Assembly: GCA_013373125.1 (NCBI GenBank)
Contig: JABXIK010000075.1
Location: 11,845 to 75,844, forward strand
Length of the DNA stretch: 64,000 nt
Direction of reading: 5' to 3'
Origin: Gammaproteobacteria bacterium
GTDB lineage: Bacteria; Pseudomonadota; Gammaproteobacteria; Pseudomonadales; Oceanobacteraceae
Shown: positions 11,198 to 20,380 of the stretch, piece after piece
Layout of the letters: each line of letters opens with the position of its first letter
Numbering within the stretch: position 1 is the first letter of the stretch
The notes under the pieces: generated by a model
The model's input: the letters and a program-made list of their open reading frames with translations, nothing else
Told to the model about the DNA's origin: nothing
Database searches by the model: none
Program-made: the position numbers and the translations under genes

Positions 11198-11431
11198 AAT
11201 CGCCAGTGGGGATGATATTCTGGCCGTAATGAGCTAGTTTTGTTTCCATTAAGATTTTAAATGCTTAATAATCAAGGTGTTAAGAGCAAAATATGGCTCT
11301 GTGAAGCATTTGTGATTTCTACCTACTTGGCGGTAAACTTAGGTTTACCCCTGATTAAAGAGGGGTATAATACTGCCCTCAATTGGTCAGGCCTTGTAGG
11401 GCACACAAGCTCTATATAATAAACAGGATAA

Positions 11432-11668
<237 letters not shown>

Positions 11669-11686
11669 TTGTTAAGCGCCGATGTC

Positions 11687-11715
11687 AAAGCCGCCCCTCA
11701 ATAGGCGGCTTTTTT
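11687..11715 (+). terminator. Intrinsic terminator after acpP
   Basis: AAAGCCGCC-loop-GGCGGCTTTTTT. Confidence 0.8.
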
Positions 11716-11758
11716 GTTTCTACCAATTGATGCAAATAAATAATAAGAAGGAAGGGCT

Positions 11759-12988
11759 ATGGCGAAGCGTCGTGTTGTTGTAACCGGAATAGGGGCGGTG
11801 ACGCCACTAGCGAATGATGCAAATGCAACTTGGCAGGCTTTGATTCAAGGCAAGAGTGGCATTGAAACCATTACCCATTTCGATCCTTCTGCATTGGCCA
11901 CGCAATTCGCGGGCACGATCAAAGATTTTTCGCTAAACGACGTGATCACACCTAAAGATGCCAAGAAGATGGATATCTTTATCCAGTATGGTTTGGTTGC
12001 GTGTGCCGAAGCCGTGGTTCAGTCTGGCTTGTTAGAGGCAGGTTACGATTCTGATCGCATCGGTTGTGCGCTAGGTTCTGGCATTGGTGGTTTAAGTACC
12101 ATTGAAGCCAACCATTCCCAATTATTAAATTCTGGCCCACGTCGCGTGAGCCCGTTTTATATCCCGGCATCCATTGTGAATATGCTGTCAGGCCATTTGG
12201 CTATGTTGTACGGTTTCACAGGCCCCAATTTTGCTATTTCTACTGCGTGTACCACAGGAACTCATAATATTGGTTATGCGGCGCGTACCATTGCTTATGG
12301 CGATGCAGATGTGATGATTGCCGGTGGTGCTGAAGCAGCGTGTACGCCAAGTGGTATGGCAGGTTTTTGTGCGGCACGAGCCATGTCGACACGCAATGAT
12401 GATCCGAAAAAAGCATCGCGCCCATGGGACAAAGACCGTGATGGTTTTGTGTTAGGTGATGGTGCGGGTGCATTAGTTTTAGAAGAGTATGAAGCAGCGA
12501 CAAAACGTGGTGCTACCATTTTGGCTGAAATCTCTGGCTTTGGTATGAGTGACGATGCGTTTCATATGACGTCACCACCAGAAGATGGCAGTGGCGCTGC
12601 TAAGGCCATGAAAAATGCTTTGAACGATGCAGGCTTAAGCGGTGCTGACATTCAATATGTGAATGCCCATGGAACCTCCACACCTGCCGGTGACGTGGCC
12701 GAAAGTCGCGCCATTGAATCAGTAATTGGACAACAGGTTTTAGTGTCTTCAACTAAATCCATGACAGGGCATTTATTGGGTGCAGCCGGTGCCATCGAAG
12801 CCATATTTTCTATTCAGGCGCTTATGAATAATAAAGTGCCACCGACCATCAACTTAGAAAACTTAGAAGATGGCTGTCACCTAGATTACGTGGCGAATAC
12901 CGCCCGCGATGTGGAGTTGAAGCATGTTCTCAGCAATTCATTTGGGTTTGGTGGTACCAACGGATCAATTATCTTCAGTAAGGTTTAA
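11759..12988 (+). CDS. fabF: Beta-ketoacyl-ACP synthase II
   Basis: [21 protein letters not shown] and SNSFGFGG motifs. Confidence 0.98.
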   Translation: MAKRRVVVTGIGAVTPLANDANATWQALIQGKSGIETITHFDPSALATQFAGTIKDFSLNDVITPKDAKKMDIFIQYGLVACAEAVVQSGLLEAGYDSDRIGCALGSGIGGLSTIEANHSQLLNSGPRRVSPFYIPASIVNMLSGHLAMLYGFTGPNFAISTACTTGTHNIGYAARTIAYGDADVMIAGGAEAACTPSGMAGFCAARAMSTRNDDPKKASRPWDKDRDGFVLGDGAGALVLEEYEAATKRGATILAEISGFGMSDDAFHMTSPPEDGSGAAKAMKNALNDAGLSGADIQYVNAHGTSTPAGDVAESRAIESVIGQQVLVSSTKSMTGHLLGAAGAIEAIFSIQALMNNKVPPTINLENLEDGCHLDYVANTARDVELKHVLSNSFGFGGTNGSIIFSKV

Positions 12989-12994
12989 CGCACT

Positions 12995-13828
12995 GTGTGG
13001 GTCATTGATAACCAGGATTATTTAGGCAAGCTGGATGGTTGGAATCGTTCAGCGCAATTCGCGGATGGTTTGTTTGAAACCATGCGAATTCATGATGGAA
13101 AGATTCTTGGTTTGCCTCAACATGTTGCGCGATTATCCAATGACCTTGCGCGCTTGAATATTCAACCACCGGCTGGGGATTTATCCGATTTATTATCCAG
13201 TTATGCGCACACCATGGCGGACATGTCTCACGTGGCGGATGGTGTGATGAAAGTCATCATTAGTCGTGGTGATAGTGAGCGAGGATATGGCTATCACGAT
13301 GAAATCAAACCCCATATTACGGTGTTTTATAATCAAGCTGCTCAATTACCGGATAGCGTGTACACCAAGGGAGTGGATGTTGTTTTGCTGCAAACTCAGT
13401 GCGCGATTCAGCCTCAGCTAGCGGGTATAAAACATTTGAATCGCTTAGAAAATGTACTGGCCAAAAAAGAGTTAGGCACACAAGCATTTGAAGGCTTAAT
13501 GCAAAATCATCTAGGTTTGATTATTGAAGGCGCCATGTCCAATGTGTTTTTTGAACACCAAGGGCAATTAATCACCCCTAAATTAACGCTTTCCGGCGTA
13601 GCAGGTGTCATGCGTCAGCATGTATTGGCATTTGCTGATAAACTGGGCGTCAAAATTGAAATTCGCGATATTAGTATTGATGAATTAGCTGGCTTTGAGC
13701 ATGGTTTCTTGAGCAATAGCGTCATGGGTATTGTGCCGGTTAAATCATTAATGCAGCGTGATGTGAAGATAGGAAAATTAACCATGCAGTTGTTAAAGGC
13801 ATGGCAGTCAGGAGTTATTTATGAATAA
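12995..13828 (+). CDS. pabC: Aminodeoxychorismate lyase
   Basis: DGLFETM, IKHLNRLENV and SGVAGVMR motifs; canonical position after fabF. Confidence 0.93.
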   Translation: MWVIDNQDYLGKLDGWNRSAQFADGLFETMRIHDGKILGLPQHVARLSNDLARLNIQPPAGDLSDLLSSYAHTMADMSHVADGVMKVIISRGDSERGYGYHDEIKPHITVFYNQAAQLPDSVYTKGVDVVLLQTQCAIQPQLAGIKHLNRLENVLAKKELGTQAFEGLMQNHLGLIIEGAMSNVFFEHQGQLITPKLTLSGVAGVMRQHVLAFADKLGVKIEIRDISIDELAGFEHGFLSNSVMGIVPVKSLMQRDVKIGKLTMQLLKAWQSGVIYE

Positions 13829-14840
13829 GAGCATGAAATTATTAGTACAAATGCTAATTATTTGGATGTTGGCTCTTATGGTTTATGGGGTGTATCAATT
13901 ACAGCGACCTCTTGCTATTGAAGAAAATAAAATAGTTAGCTTAGAAAAGGGCAAACCCTTATCGAGCTTCTTTTCAAAATTAGAAAGCGAAAAGTGGATG
14001 CAGGATGGTCGCTGGATCATGCTCATTGCTAAAGTAACCGGCAAAGCACGCTTAGCAAAAGCAGGTGAATATGAATTAACCCCAAATATGAACAGCTGGG
14101 ATATTTTAGATTTATTGGTCTCGGGCAAAACCGTTCAATACAAAATTACGCTGGTAGAGGGGCAAAACGTGCGCGAAATGTTGGCACGCATTGCTGCTCA
14201 CGATAAATTAATTCAAGACTTGCCTTCAGATATCAATGAACTGATGCCTTTCTTGGGATTAGAAGGGCATCCTGAAGGGCGCTTCTTCCCAGATACTTAT
14301 TTATTTCACTCGAATACTCGTGCTTCCGAAATATTAGTGCGCGCGCAAATTCGTTTAGAAACGGTTTTAGCGGAAGAGTGGCGTGAGCGAGAAGAAAACC
14401 TGCCGTATAAAACACCGTACGAAGCATTAATCATGGCTTCTATTGTAGAAAAAGAAACCGCCGTGCCAGCAGAGCGCGAACAAATTGCAGGTGTATTCGT
14501 ACGACGCTTGCAAAAACGCATGCGCTTAGAAACCGATCCAACGGTTATCTACGGATTAGGTGAGCGTTATAAGGGCAATATTCGTAAAAAACATCTACGC
14601 GAATTAACGCCATACAATACTTATCGCATTAAGGGTTTGCCGCCGACACCGATTGCCATGGTGGGGCGTGAAGCCATTTACGCGGCACTGCACCCTGCCG
14701 ATGGTGAGGAATTATTTTTTGTGGCGAAAGGGGATGGCAGTCATCAGTTTTCCGCCACCTTAGAAGAGCACAATAAAGCCGTGCGCCATTACCAAATTTA
14801 CAAGCGTAGTGAAGACTACCGCTCAACACCTGCGGACTAA
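13821..14840 (+). CDS. mltG: Endolytic transglycosylase
   Basis: EGRFFPDTY, ASIVEKET, LETDPTVIYG and PPTPIA motifs. Confidence 0.97.
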   Translation: MNKSMKLLVQMLIIWMLALMVYGVYQLQRPLAIEENKIVSLEKGKPLSSFFSKLESEKWMQDGRWIMLIAKVTGKARLAKAGEYELTPNMNSWDILDLLVSGKTVQYKITLVEGQNVREMLARIAAHDKLIQDLPSDINELMPFLGLEGHPEGRFFPDTYLFHSNTRASEILVRAQIRLETVLAEEWREREENLPYKTPYEALIMASIVEKETAVPAEREQIAGVFVRRLQKRMRLETDPTVIYGLGERYKGNIRKKHLRELTPYNTYRIKGLPPTPIAMVGREAIYAALHPADGEELFFVAKGDGSHQFSATLEEHNKAVRHYQIYKRSEDYRSTPAD

Positions 14841-14844
14841 GTGT

Positions 14845-15465
14845 ATGAAAGGCCGTTTTATTACCATCGAAGGCATTGAAGGTGTGGGCAAAACCACCAA
14901 TATTCAATTTATTCAAGATTGGTTAACGACAAACAAAATTGAATTTATTTCCACCCGCGAACCTGGCGGCACGGAGTTGGGTGAACAACTGCGCAATTTA
15001 TTACTGCACGGTGGTCATGTATCCAATAACGCAGAATTGTTAATGATGTTTGCCGCCCGCGCTCAGCATTTAGATGAAGTGATCAAACCTGCTATTGAAT
15101 CTGGTAAATGGGTTATCTGTGATCGCTTTACGGATTCGACTTATGCTTACCAAGGTGGAGGCCGTCAGATGGATGTGGCGACCATTTCGCAGCTAGAAGC
15201 GCTGGTTCATGGTGCGTTTCAACCGCACATGACACTGTTGCTAGATGCACCGGTTGAAATTGGCCGAGCGCGTGCGGCAAAACGCGGCGCGGCGGATCGT
15301 ATCGAAGCAGAAGATTTAGCCTTTTTTAATCGCGTGCGCGATATGTTTTTAAATCGGGCTAAACAAGCCGAGCGTTTTCAAATCGTGGATGCCACGCAAG
15401 ATTTATCCAGCGTGCAACAGCAAATCCAAGTGTGTTTACAGACGTTACTCGAGTCACCTCAATGA
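14845..15465 (+). CDS. tmk: Thymidylate kinase
   Basis: FITIEGIEGVGKTT, TREPGGT and CDRF motifs; start moved to ATG 14845. Confidence 0.97.
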   Translation: MKGRFITIEGIEGVGKTTNIQFIQDWLTTNKIEFISTREPGGTELGEQLRNLLLHGGHVSNNAELLMMFAARAQHLDEVIKPAIESGKWVICDRFTDSTYAYQGGGRQMDVATISQLEALVHGAFQPHMTLLLDAPVEIGRARAAKRGAADRIEAEDLAFFNRVRDMFLNRAKQAERFQIVDATQDLSSVQQQIQVCLQTLLESPQ

Positions 15466-16469
15466 AAGTTGCCAGCGCCTTACCTTGGATCGCTCCCATC
15501 AGTGAGCAAATCTTGCAGCAATATTCCAAGCAACGATTGGGTCATGCACTTTTATTAGTGGGGCAAGAAGGTCTTGGCAAACGTGTGTATTTGCGCGAAT
15601 TGAGTCAGCTTTTGTTGTGCTCGCAATCCCAAGGAACACCCTGTGGTGAATGTTCTAGCTGCCATTTGTTTAATGCAGGCACACACCCCGATTTGCTAAT
15701 GGTGGAGCCCGAAGAAAAGGGCAAACAAATTAAAATCGAGCAGGTGCGTAAAGTCACCGAATTTGTAAATACCACTGCACAAAAAGGCCACAATAAAGTG
15801 GTTTTGCTCGGTCCGGCAGAAGCTATGAATGTGAACGCATCGAACGCGTTGCTTAAAAGCTTAGAAGAGCCCAGTGCCAATGTGACGCTATTGCTATACA
15901 GTCACCAGCCCAGTGGTTTGTTAGCCACTATCAAAAGCCGTTGTCAGCACTTTGCAGTGCATGGGCCAAGTTTCAATGACGGTTTAATCTGGTTGCAGCA
16001 AAATAGCCAGGCTCAACTAAACGATCAAACCGCTGCCAGCGTGTTAAGACTTGCAGCCAGTGCTCCGCTAAAAGCCATCGAAATGATCGAACAAGATGTG
16101 CATGTTCAATATATGCAGTTTTGTCAAAACATGGTGGACCTACAAAACCGCCAAGTGCAATGGAATGACCTATTAAGCAAATGGAAAAACTGGGATATGC
16201 AAAACATCTTACAGTGGTTTTATGGGTTACTATTGGACGCGCAGAAACAAAAAGCCGGTTTGAGTGCAGATGGCTTAGCCATGGCCGAACTAGCGGGGCA
16301 AAGCCAACAAGTGGCGCGCCAAGCTCAGTACGGCCAGATCGAACAAGCATTAACCCGACTCAGCGAAGCGCAACAAGCGTATCGCAGTCAGGCAAACCCA
16401 AATACCACCATGATGACAGAAGCCTTGCTCATTGACTGGTTGGGTTTATTGGGGCAATCTGCCCATTAA
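15462..16469 (+). CDS. holB: DNA polymerase III delta' subunit
   Basis: Zn motif CGECSSC, THPD, NALLKSLEEP and TIKSRC; start at ATG 15462 overlaps the tmk stop. Confidence 0.95.
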   Translation: MKVASALPWIAPISEQILQQYSKQRLGHALLLVGQEGLGKRVYLRELSQLLLCSQSQGTPCGECSSCHLFNAGTHPDLLMVEPEEKGKQIKIEQVRKVTEFVNTTAQKGHNKVVLLGPAEAMNVNASNALLKSLEEPSANVTLLLYSHQPSGLLATIKSRCQHFAVHGPSFNDGLIWLQQNSQAQLNDQTAASVLRLAASAPLKAIEMIEQDVHVQYMQFCQNMVDLQNRQVQWNDLLSKWKNWDMQNILQWFYGLLLDAQKQKAGLSADGLAMAELAGQSQQVARQAQYGQIEQALTRLSEAQQAYRSQANPNTTMMTEALLIDWLGLLGQSAH

Positions 16470-16500
16470 TTTGCAGTATTAGAATAATAAAGGTCTAGAT

Positions 16501-16848
16501 ATGGCGCCTAAATTAGGGCCGGGTAACGGCATTTTATCCTTAACCATCAAAGATAAGGCAGTTTTGTACGCTGCCTACATGCCATTTATCAAGCACGGTG
16601 GGTTGTTTATTCCTACCAACAAAAATTACGCCATGGGCGATGAAGTATTCATGCTTTTGAACCTAATGGACGAGCCTGAAAAAATCCCGGTGGCGGGCAA
16701 AGTGATTTGGATTACCCCAAAAGGGGCGCAAGGCAATAAAGCCGCTGGTGTGGGTGTGCAGTTTGCGGAAAACAACACAGCGCGCAATAAGATTGAAACC
16801 CATTTGGCAGGGGCGTTAAGTTCGGATCGACCGACGCATACGTTGTAA
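16501..16848 (+). CDS. pilZ: Type IV pilus assembly PilZ-domain protein
   Basis: LYAAYMPFIKHGGLFIPT...GKVIWITP; canonical position after holB. Confidence 0.95.
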   Translation: MAPKLGPGNGILSLTIKDKAVLYAAYMPFIKHGGLFIPTNKNYAMGDEVFMLLNLMDEPEKIPVAGKVIWITPKGAQGNKAAGVGVQFAENNTARNKIETHLAGALSSDRPTHTL

Positions 16849-16852
16849 ATTT

Positions 16853-16878
16853 AAAAAGCCGGTTCGCCGGCTTTTTTT
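16853..16878. terminator. Bidirectional intrinsic terminator after pilZ
   Basis: AAAAAGCCGG-TTCG-CCGGCTTTTTTT. Confidence 0.9.
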
Positions 16879-16880
16879 AT

Positions 16881-17034
16881 GGGTGAGTGAGTTCAATTTT
16901 TTAAACCGTTCGCACTGAGCAGCGAGGAACGAGCGTAGTCGAAGGGTGGCTGTCTATAAGCGCAAGTGCGTCTTACGAATAGCGTTAATTATTTGAGGTT
17001 TCGCATTTTGGATAATTAAATCCAGCACGGTTTT
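16881..17034. repeat. Copy 1 of a ~155-bp imperfect direct repeat
   Basis: Aligns to 17289-17441 at an offset of ~408 bp (shared GTTCGCACTGAGC...GCGAGGAACGAGC...GTCGAAG...CGCAAGTGCGT...GCGTTAATTATTTGAG...GCACGGTTTT). Confidence 0.95.
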
Positions 17035-17288
17035 TTCTTCTCGGGATTGCATCCCGGACCCTGCTTCGAGGCTCGCCTCACAGTGAATTAGATTGTGGTT
17101 ATGCGGCGTTCGGAGGCCGCATATTGTTATCGACTCGTGTCTGGTTGCCGGTTGGTTCTGAAACAACATTGCTTGTACGAGAGTGTCCCGCGCCCGATAA
17201 ACGGTTGTTCATTAAAACCGTTTTCCCTGAGCTAGTAGGAACCTGCACCCAGAATGCCCCGCGAACGAAGTGAGTGTTTTGGGTATGC

Positions 17289-17441
17289 GGGTGAATGTGA
17301 TTGATTTTTAAAACAGTTCGCACTGAGCGCGAGGAACGAGCAGTCGAAGTGTGGCTAATATCTAATTCGCAAGTGCGTTTTACGGATAGCGTTAATTATT
17401 TGAGTTTTCGCATCTTGGATGATTAAAGCCTGCACGGTTTT
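17289..17441. repeat. Copy 2 of the ~155-bp imperfect direct repeat
   Basis: See copy 1; overlaps the 3' half of the 51-aa ORF. Confidence 0.95.
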
Positions 17442-17510
17442 CTTATTGTATTTCAAGTACTCTGCCCACTTGATTGCCCCTTGCTGTATAAAAAAAGGAC
17501 TTTTGCCCAT
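17355..17510 (-). pseudogene. 51-aa ORF at the integron-integrase position: probable intI remnant or replacement microprotein
   Basis: Starts MGKSPF (resembles IntI N-termini) with an AAGGA RBS; lies just downstream of a LexA box and divergent from attI; no tyrosine-recombinase catalytic residues. Confidence 0.45.
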
Positions 17511-17533
17511 AATCTTTCCTTGCAGTAAAGAAT

Positions 17534-17549
17534 CTGTATAAATAAACAG
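17534..17549. promoter_or_regulatory. LexA (SOS) operator in the integrase-type promoter
   Basis: CTGT-ATAAATAA-ACAG matches CTGT-N8-ACAG exactly; LexA boxes are established features of intI promoters. Confidence 0.9.
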
Positions 17550-17806
17550 TATATTTGAGATTATGAAAGAAAATAGCAAGATGAGGCACGAAAAATCAGA
17601 AAAAAAGTTCTCATTTTTACCTATTCAATAAACGAAAAATACTTTAGATTCAATGGCTTATTAAAATCGCGTCCGAAATCATGAGACCCCATGATTTCGG
17701 ACAAAAGCGGCATGCTCATTTTTATTGGACATAATAAGACGAGAATCAGCTTTAGTGCTTATTAATCAAGCATTTATAGGGTTCTTGAAAGGTTGATTGA
17801 AAATGC

Positions 17807-17840
17807 AAAAATGAGCATGCGCACGATTAAAATGTTAAAT
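17807..17840 (+). other. attI recombination site (core GTTAAAT at 17834-17840)
   Basis: GTTAAAT is the exact reverse complement of the first cassette's inverse core ATTTAAC (18426-18432) but is not preceded by an attC hairpin; left boundary is approximate. Confidence 0.8.
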
Positions 17841-17846
17841 TTAAGT

Positions 17847-18425
17847 ATGAGAAATATGAAAAATATATTAGTTACCTTACTTTTTCTGATGTCTGTAAAA
17901 GTGACAGCTGATGTGGGAAAGCAAGCCTATGACTTAGTAAATTCAGGGGATGTGCAAAAAGCAATTGAATTGCTTTCTAAGAAAGAACATAAAGAAAAGC
18001 CTGAAGCTTTATTCATGATGGGAATGATTTACGACTCAGGAAGAGGTGTTGAAAAGGATATAGTAAAAGCCTCAAATTACTATGAGCGTGCTGCAAAGAA
18101 AGGGAATGCCGTAGCTCAATTTTATATTGGTATGTTTTATAAAGATGGTGTTGGCGTTGAAAAGGACTCGGAGAAGGCAATATATTGGCTTCGAAAAGCT
18201 TCTGAGCATAAAAATACTAGAGCGATGGGTATGTTAGCTGCATTACTAGCAGCTCCAGAAAAAGGAGATTTGATAGAGGCTTATGCATGGGCACATATCG
18301 CCGCAAAGTATGACGCAGTACAAGCCCAAACATCAGCTAGAAAAGTAATTGAACATTATTTAACGAAAGAACAGATAGCCGAAGCAAAGTTGTTAATTAA
18401 AAAAATTGAATCTAATTGGAATTAA
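17847..18425 (+). CDS. Cassette 1: secreted Sel1-like repeat (tetratricopeptide) protein
   Basis: ALFMMGMIYDSGRGVEKDIVKASNYYERAAKKG and AQFYIGMFYKDGVGVEKD Sel1 repeats; signal peptide; start moved inside the cassette. Confidence 0.9.
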   Translation: MRNMKNILVTLLFLMSVKVTADVGKQAYDLVNSGDVQKAIELLSKKEHKEKPEALFMMGMIYDSGRGVEKDIVKASNYYERAAKKGNAVAQFYIGMFYKDGVGVEKDSEKAIYWLRKASEHKNTRAMGMLAALLAAPEKGDLIEAYAWAHIAAKYDAVQAQTSARKVIEHYLTKEQIAEAKLLIKKIESNWN

Positions 18426-18486
18426 ATTTAACAAGGCGCTCAAGCAAGGACGCAGCAAAGCTGCGCCGCTTAGCTTGGCGTTATTT
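18426..18486 (+). repeat. attC1 (61 bp)
   Basis: ATTTAAC...GCTCAAGC/GCTTAGC...GTTATTT. Confidence 0.93.
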
Positions 18487-18503
18487 GGCAACTGGAATCT
18501 AGT

Positions 18504-18812
18504 ATGAGAAAAGTTATTGGTTTAATTCCAGGTATTAGCTTCTTTATATATTTCGTAGCTACGTTTGATGAAATTAAACTATCAATTTTGATGGGAGCTT
18601 TAGCTCAATCTATTGCAGTGGGTAGTATTGGGTATTTCTATTTTAATGCTCCAGCTGGAAGGCATCATACTGAAACTGCTTTCGGAATAACGGGTAAATA
18701 TAGAAACCCGATACACGGAACAATTATACCTGCCAAAACGGCAGTGATTGTCATTGCCATGATTATATTGTCCTGCATTTTAGGTCTAATTTTTAATCGC
18801 TATGGCTATTAA
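18504..18812 (+). CDS. Cassette 2: hypothetical membrane protein (about 3 TM)
   Basis: 102 aa with hydrophobic segments, between attC1 and attC2. Confidence 0.75.
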   Translation: MRKVIGLIPGISFFIYFVATFDEIKLSILMGALAQSIAVGSIGYFYFNAPAGRHHTETAFGITGKYRNPIHGTIIPAKTAVIVIAMIILSCILGLIFNRYGY

Positions 18813-18815
18813 TGC

Positions 18816-18875
18816 AAATAACAAGGCGCTTAAGCTTTGGACGTGCTCCGCACGCCGCTTAGCTTGGCGTTAACT
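18816..18875 (+). repeat. attC2 (60 bp)
   Basis: AAATAAC...GCTTAAGC/GCTTAGC...GTTAACT; very similar to attC1. Confidence 0.93.
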
Positions 18876-18896
18876 CTTCGTGCATTAAGGATAGAT

Positions 18897-19418
18897 ATGC
18901 GAATTTTCTATAGTTTATTACTTCTCTGTTTTTCTCAATTTGTACTTGCTGATTGGAAGGTCCAAGGAATTAGAATGGCCTGTGGAGATGATTTTAAGGT
19001 GCTCTCTCACAATCTAATTAACAAAGAGCCTAAAGAAGAGCTATATGAAGACATTGATGGCTCTTGGCTAGTTTTTAGAGCTCAAGAGAAAGAATTAGAA
19101 TGTAGCCTGAATGGCCTAACAATCAAAAGTAAAGTCACAGGAAAAAAGTCTTCTGCGCGAGGAGCTTGTGGCTCCGCAAAAGGAGCGAGCTTAAGTCTAA
19201 CGATTAATGGATTAGAAATTTTAAAGAATTCATTAATGAATAATGAGTGCTATCAATCAATTGATAAAATTGAAATCAGTCCTCAAAAAATTACAATTTG
19301 TGGCCATCAAGGAAATGGTAAGGCACAGGAATGCTTTGATAGCAGCTGGGAAAATATCAGTGATATGCAATTACCGCTTTCCCCATTTCCAATTAGTAAG
19401 TTAAAAAATCAAGAATGA
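18897..19418 (+). CDS. Cassette 3: secreted Cys-rich hypothetical protein
   Basis: Signal peptide MRIFYSLLLLCFSQFVLA; several Cys in the mature part; supplied start 18837 lies inside attC2. Confidence 0.8.
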   Translation: MRIFYSLLLLCFSQFVLADWKVQGIRMACGDDFKVLSHNLINKEPKEELYEDIDGSWLVFRAQEKELECSLNGLTIKSKVTGKKSSARGACGSAKGASLSLTINGLEILKNSLMNNECYQSIDKIEISPQKITICGHQGNGKAQECFDSSWENISDMQLPLSPFPISKLKNQE

Positions 19419-19521
19419 GTTAACAAGTGGCAGCAACGGACTTGCAAAAGTGTCACTCGTTTTGCCAAAAAGCCGGCAAAACCAGCGCCACTTTTGCAAG
19501 CCGCTGTGCCAGGCGTTAGCT
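19418..19521 (+). repeat. attC3 (104 bp)
   Basis: AGTTAAC...CTTGCAAAAGTG/CACTTTTGCAAG...GTTAGCT. Confidence 0.92.
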
Positions 19522-19538
19522 GTATAAAAGGATATGAT

Positions 19539-20021
19539 ATGAAATTAACACTTGGAAAAACTAGGTGGCAAAGATTTGAGAGTATTGCTCTTCTTGTTTT
19601 GATTTTCTTGGGTCTATCTGGATATGGCGTGTTTAAACATTTTGCCTCAGGAGTAACTTCCTCAGGTGAAGATTCAAAGCAATATGTAGAAGCTTATATT
19701 GCAAGTTCTCTAGAGAAAGAAATTGAGTGTAATTGGGCGGGTTATGCGCAAAGCAGAAAGACCGATCTTAAACAAGTTTTCGTTCAATGCCGTCCTCTTA
19801 ATAATATACCGGTCGAGATTAATAACGAAGAGCAATTACATAAAGCTATTGATGAGTATGTTGTCTCGCCTGCAATACACTCTTTGCCTATGGATGAGGG
19901 GCTTTCTATCGTTACGATTATGCAGATAGATAAAGCAACAGTAACTTGTAACGATATCAGGAAAGGAAAAATAGTTAACCAGTGGATAGATACCTATGAG
20001 AACTATTGCTGGCCACTTTAA
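19539..20021 (+). CDS. Cassette 4: membrane-anchored hypothetical protein
   Basis: N-terminal TM segment; start ATG 19539 after AAGGA. Confidence 0.78.
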   Translation: MKLTLGKTRWQRFESIALLVLIFLGLSGYGVFKHFASGVTSSGEDSKQYVEAYIASSLEKEIECNWAGYAQSRKTDLKQVFVQCRPLNNIPVEINNEEQLHKAIDEYVVSPAIHSLPMDEGLSIVTIMQIDKATVTCNDIRKGKIVNQWIDTYENYCWPL

Positions 20022-20024
20022 ATC

Positions 20025-20072
20025 AGCTAACAAACAAAGGCAGCGGATAAACCGCTGCTTTGGGCGTTAAAA
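20025..20072 (+). repeat. attC4, minimal 48-bp site
   Basis: AGCTAAC-AAACA-AAGGCAGC-GGATAAACC-GCTGCTT-TGGGC-GTTAAAA. Confidence 0.88.
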
Positions 20073-20077
20073 ATCGT

Positions 20078-20380
20078 ATGAATACGGAAGCGCTAAACAA
20101 AGTATTTGAAAGAGTCGCGGTAGCTTTGGAAACTGTGGAGATAGACCAATACTTTTGCGATCCACGTGGTGGGTTCTTATCAATCTTACAAGGAACACGC
20201 ATTTTCTTGCGGAGAGAGAGCTACCCAGAACAAATTGAGTCTCTGGCTAATTCACACCTAGACCAGTGTGAACTATTGCTAAGGGAAGTTACCGAAAATG
20301 GAGTATCTAGTACTTCAAAAAACGAGGCTTTCCGCCTAGCAAAACAAATTAGGGAGCAGCAGTGGGGCCAAACTTTTTAA
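20078..20380 (+). CDS. Cassette 5: hypothetical cytoplasmic protein (100 aa)
   Basis: ORF fills the cassette; stop TAA lies within R'' TTTTAAC. Confidence 0.75.
   Translation: MNTEALNKVFERVAVALETVEIDQYFCDPRGGFLSILQGTRIFLRRESYPEQIESLANSHLDQCELLLREVTENGVSSTSKNEAFRLAKQIREQQWGQTF

Noticed and set aside
17099-17323. Supplied 74-aa ORF, and the N-terminal part of ORF 16954-17169
   Set aside because: They run through hairpin modules, lack an RBS and show no recognisable protein features; likely incidental
16881-17441. Group II intron, retron msr-msd, tRNA, SRP or tmRNA in the structured region
   Set aside because: No reverse transcriptase, no convincing domain V, no cloverleaf or CCA, and no SRP core motif; the GTGCG matches are too short to count
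17700-17760. Pc cassette promoter at TGGACA...CATAAT
   Set aside because: I could not find -35/-10 boxes at acceptable spacing, so the promoter was not called
18837-20077. Supplied starts at 18837, 19494 and 20060 (also 4862, 39170 and 59254)
   Set aside because: They begin inside attC sites, terminators or intergenic leaders; downstream ATGs with an RBS fit better
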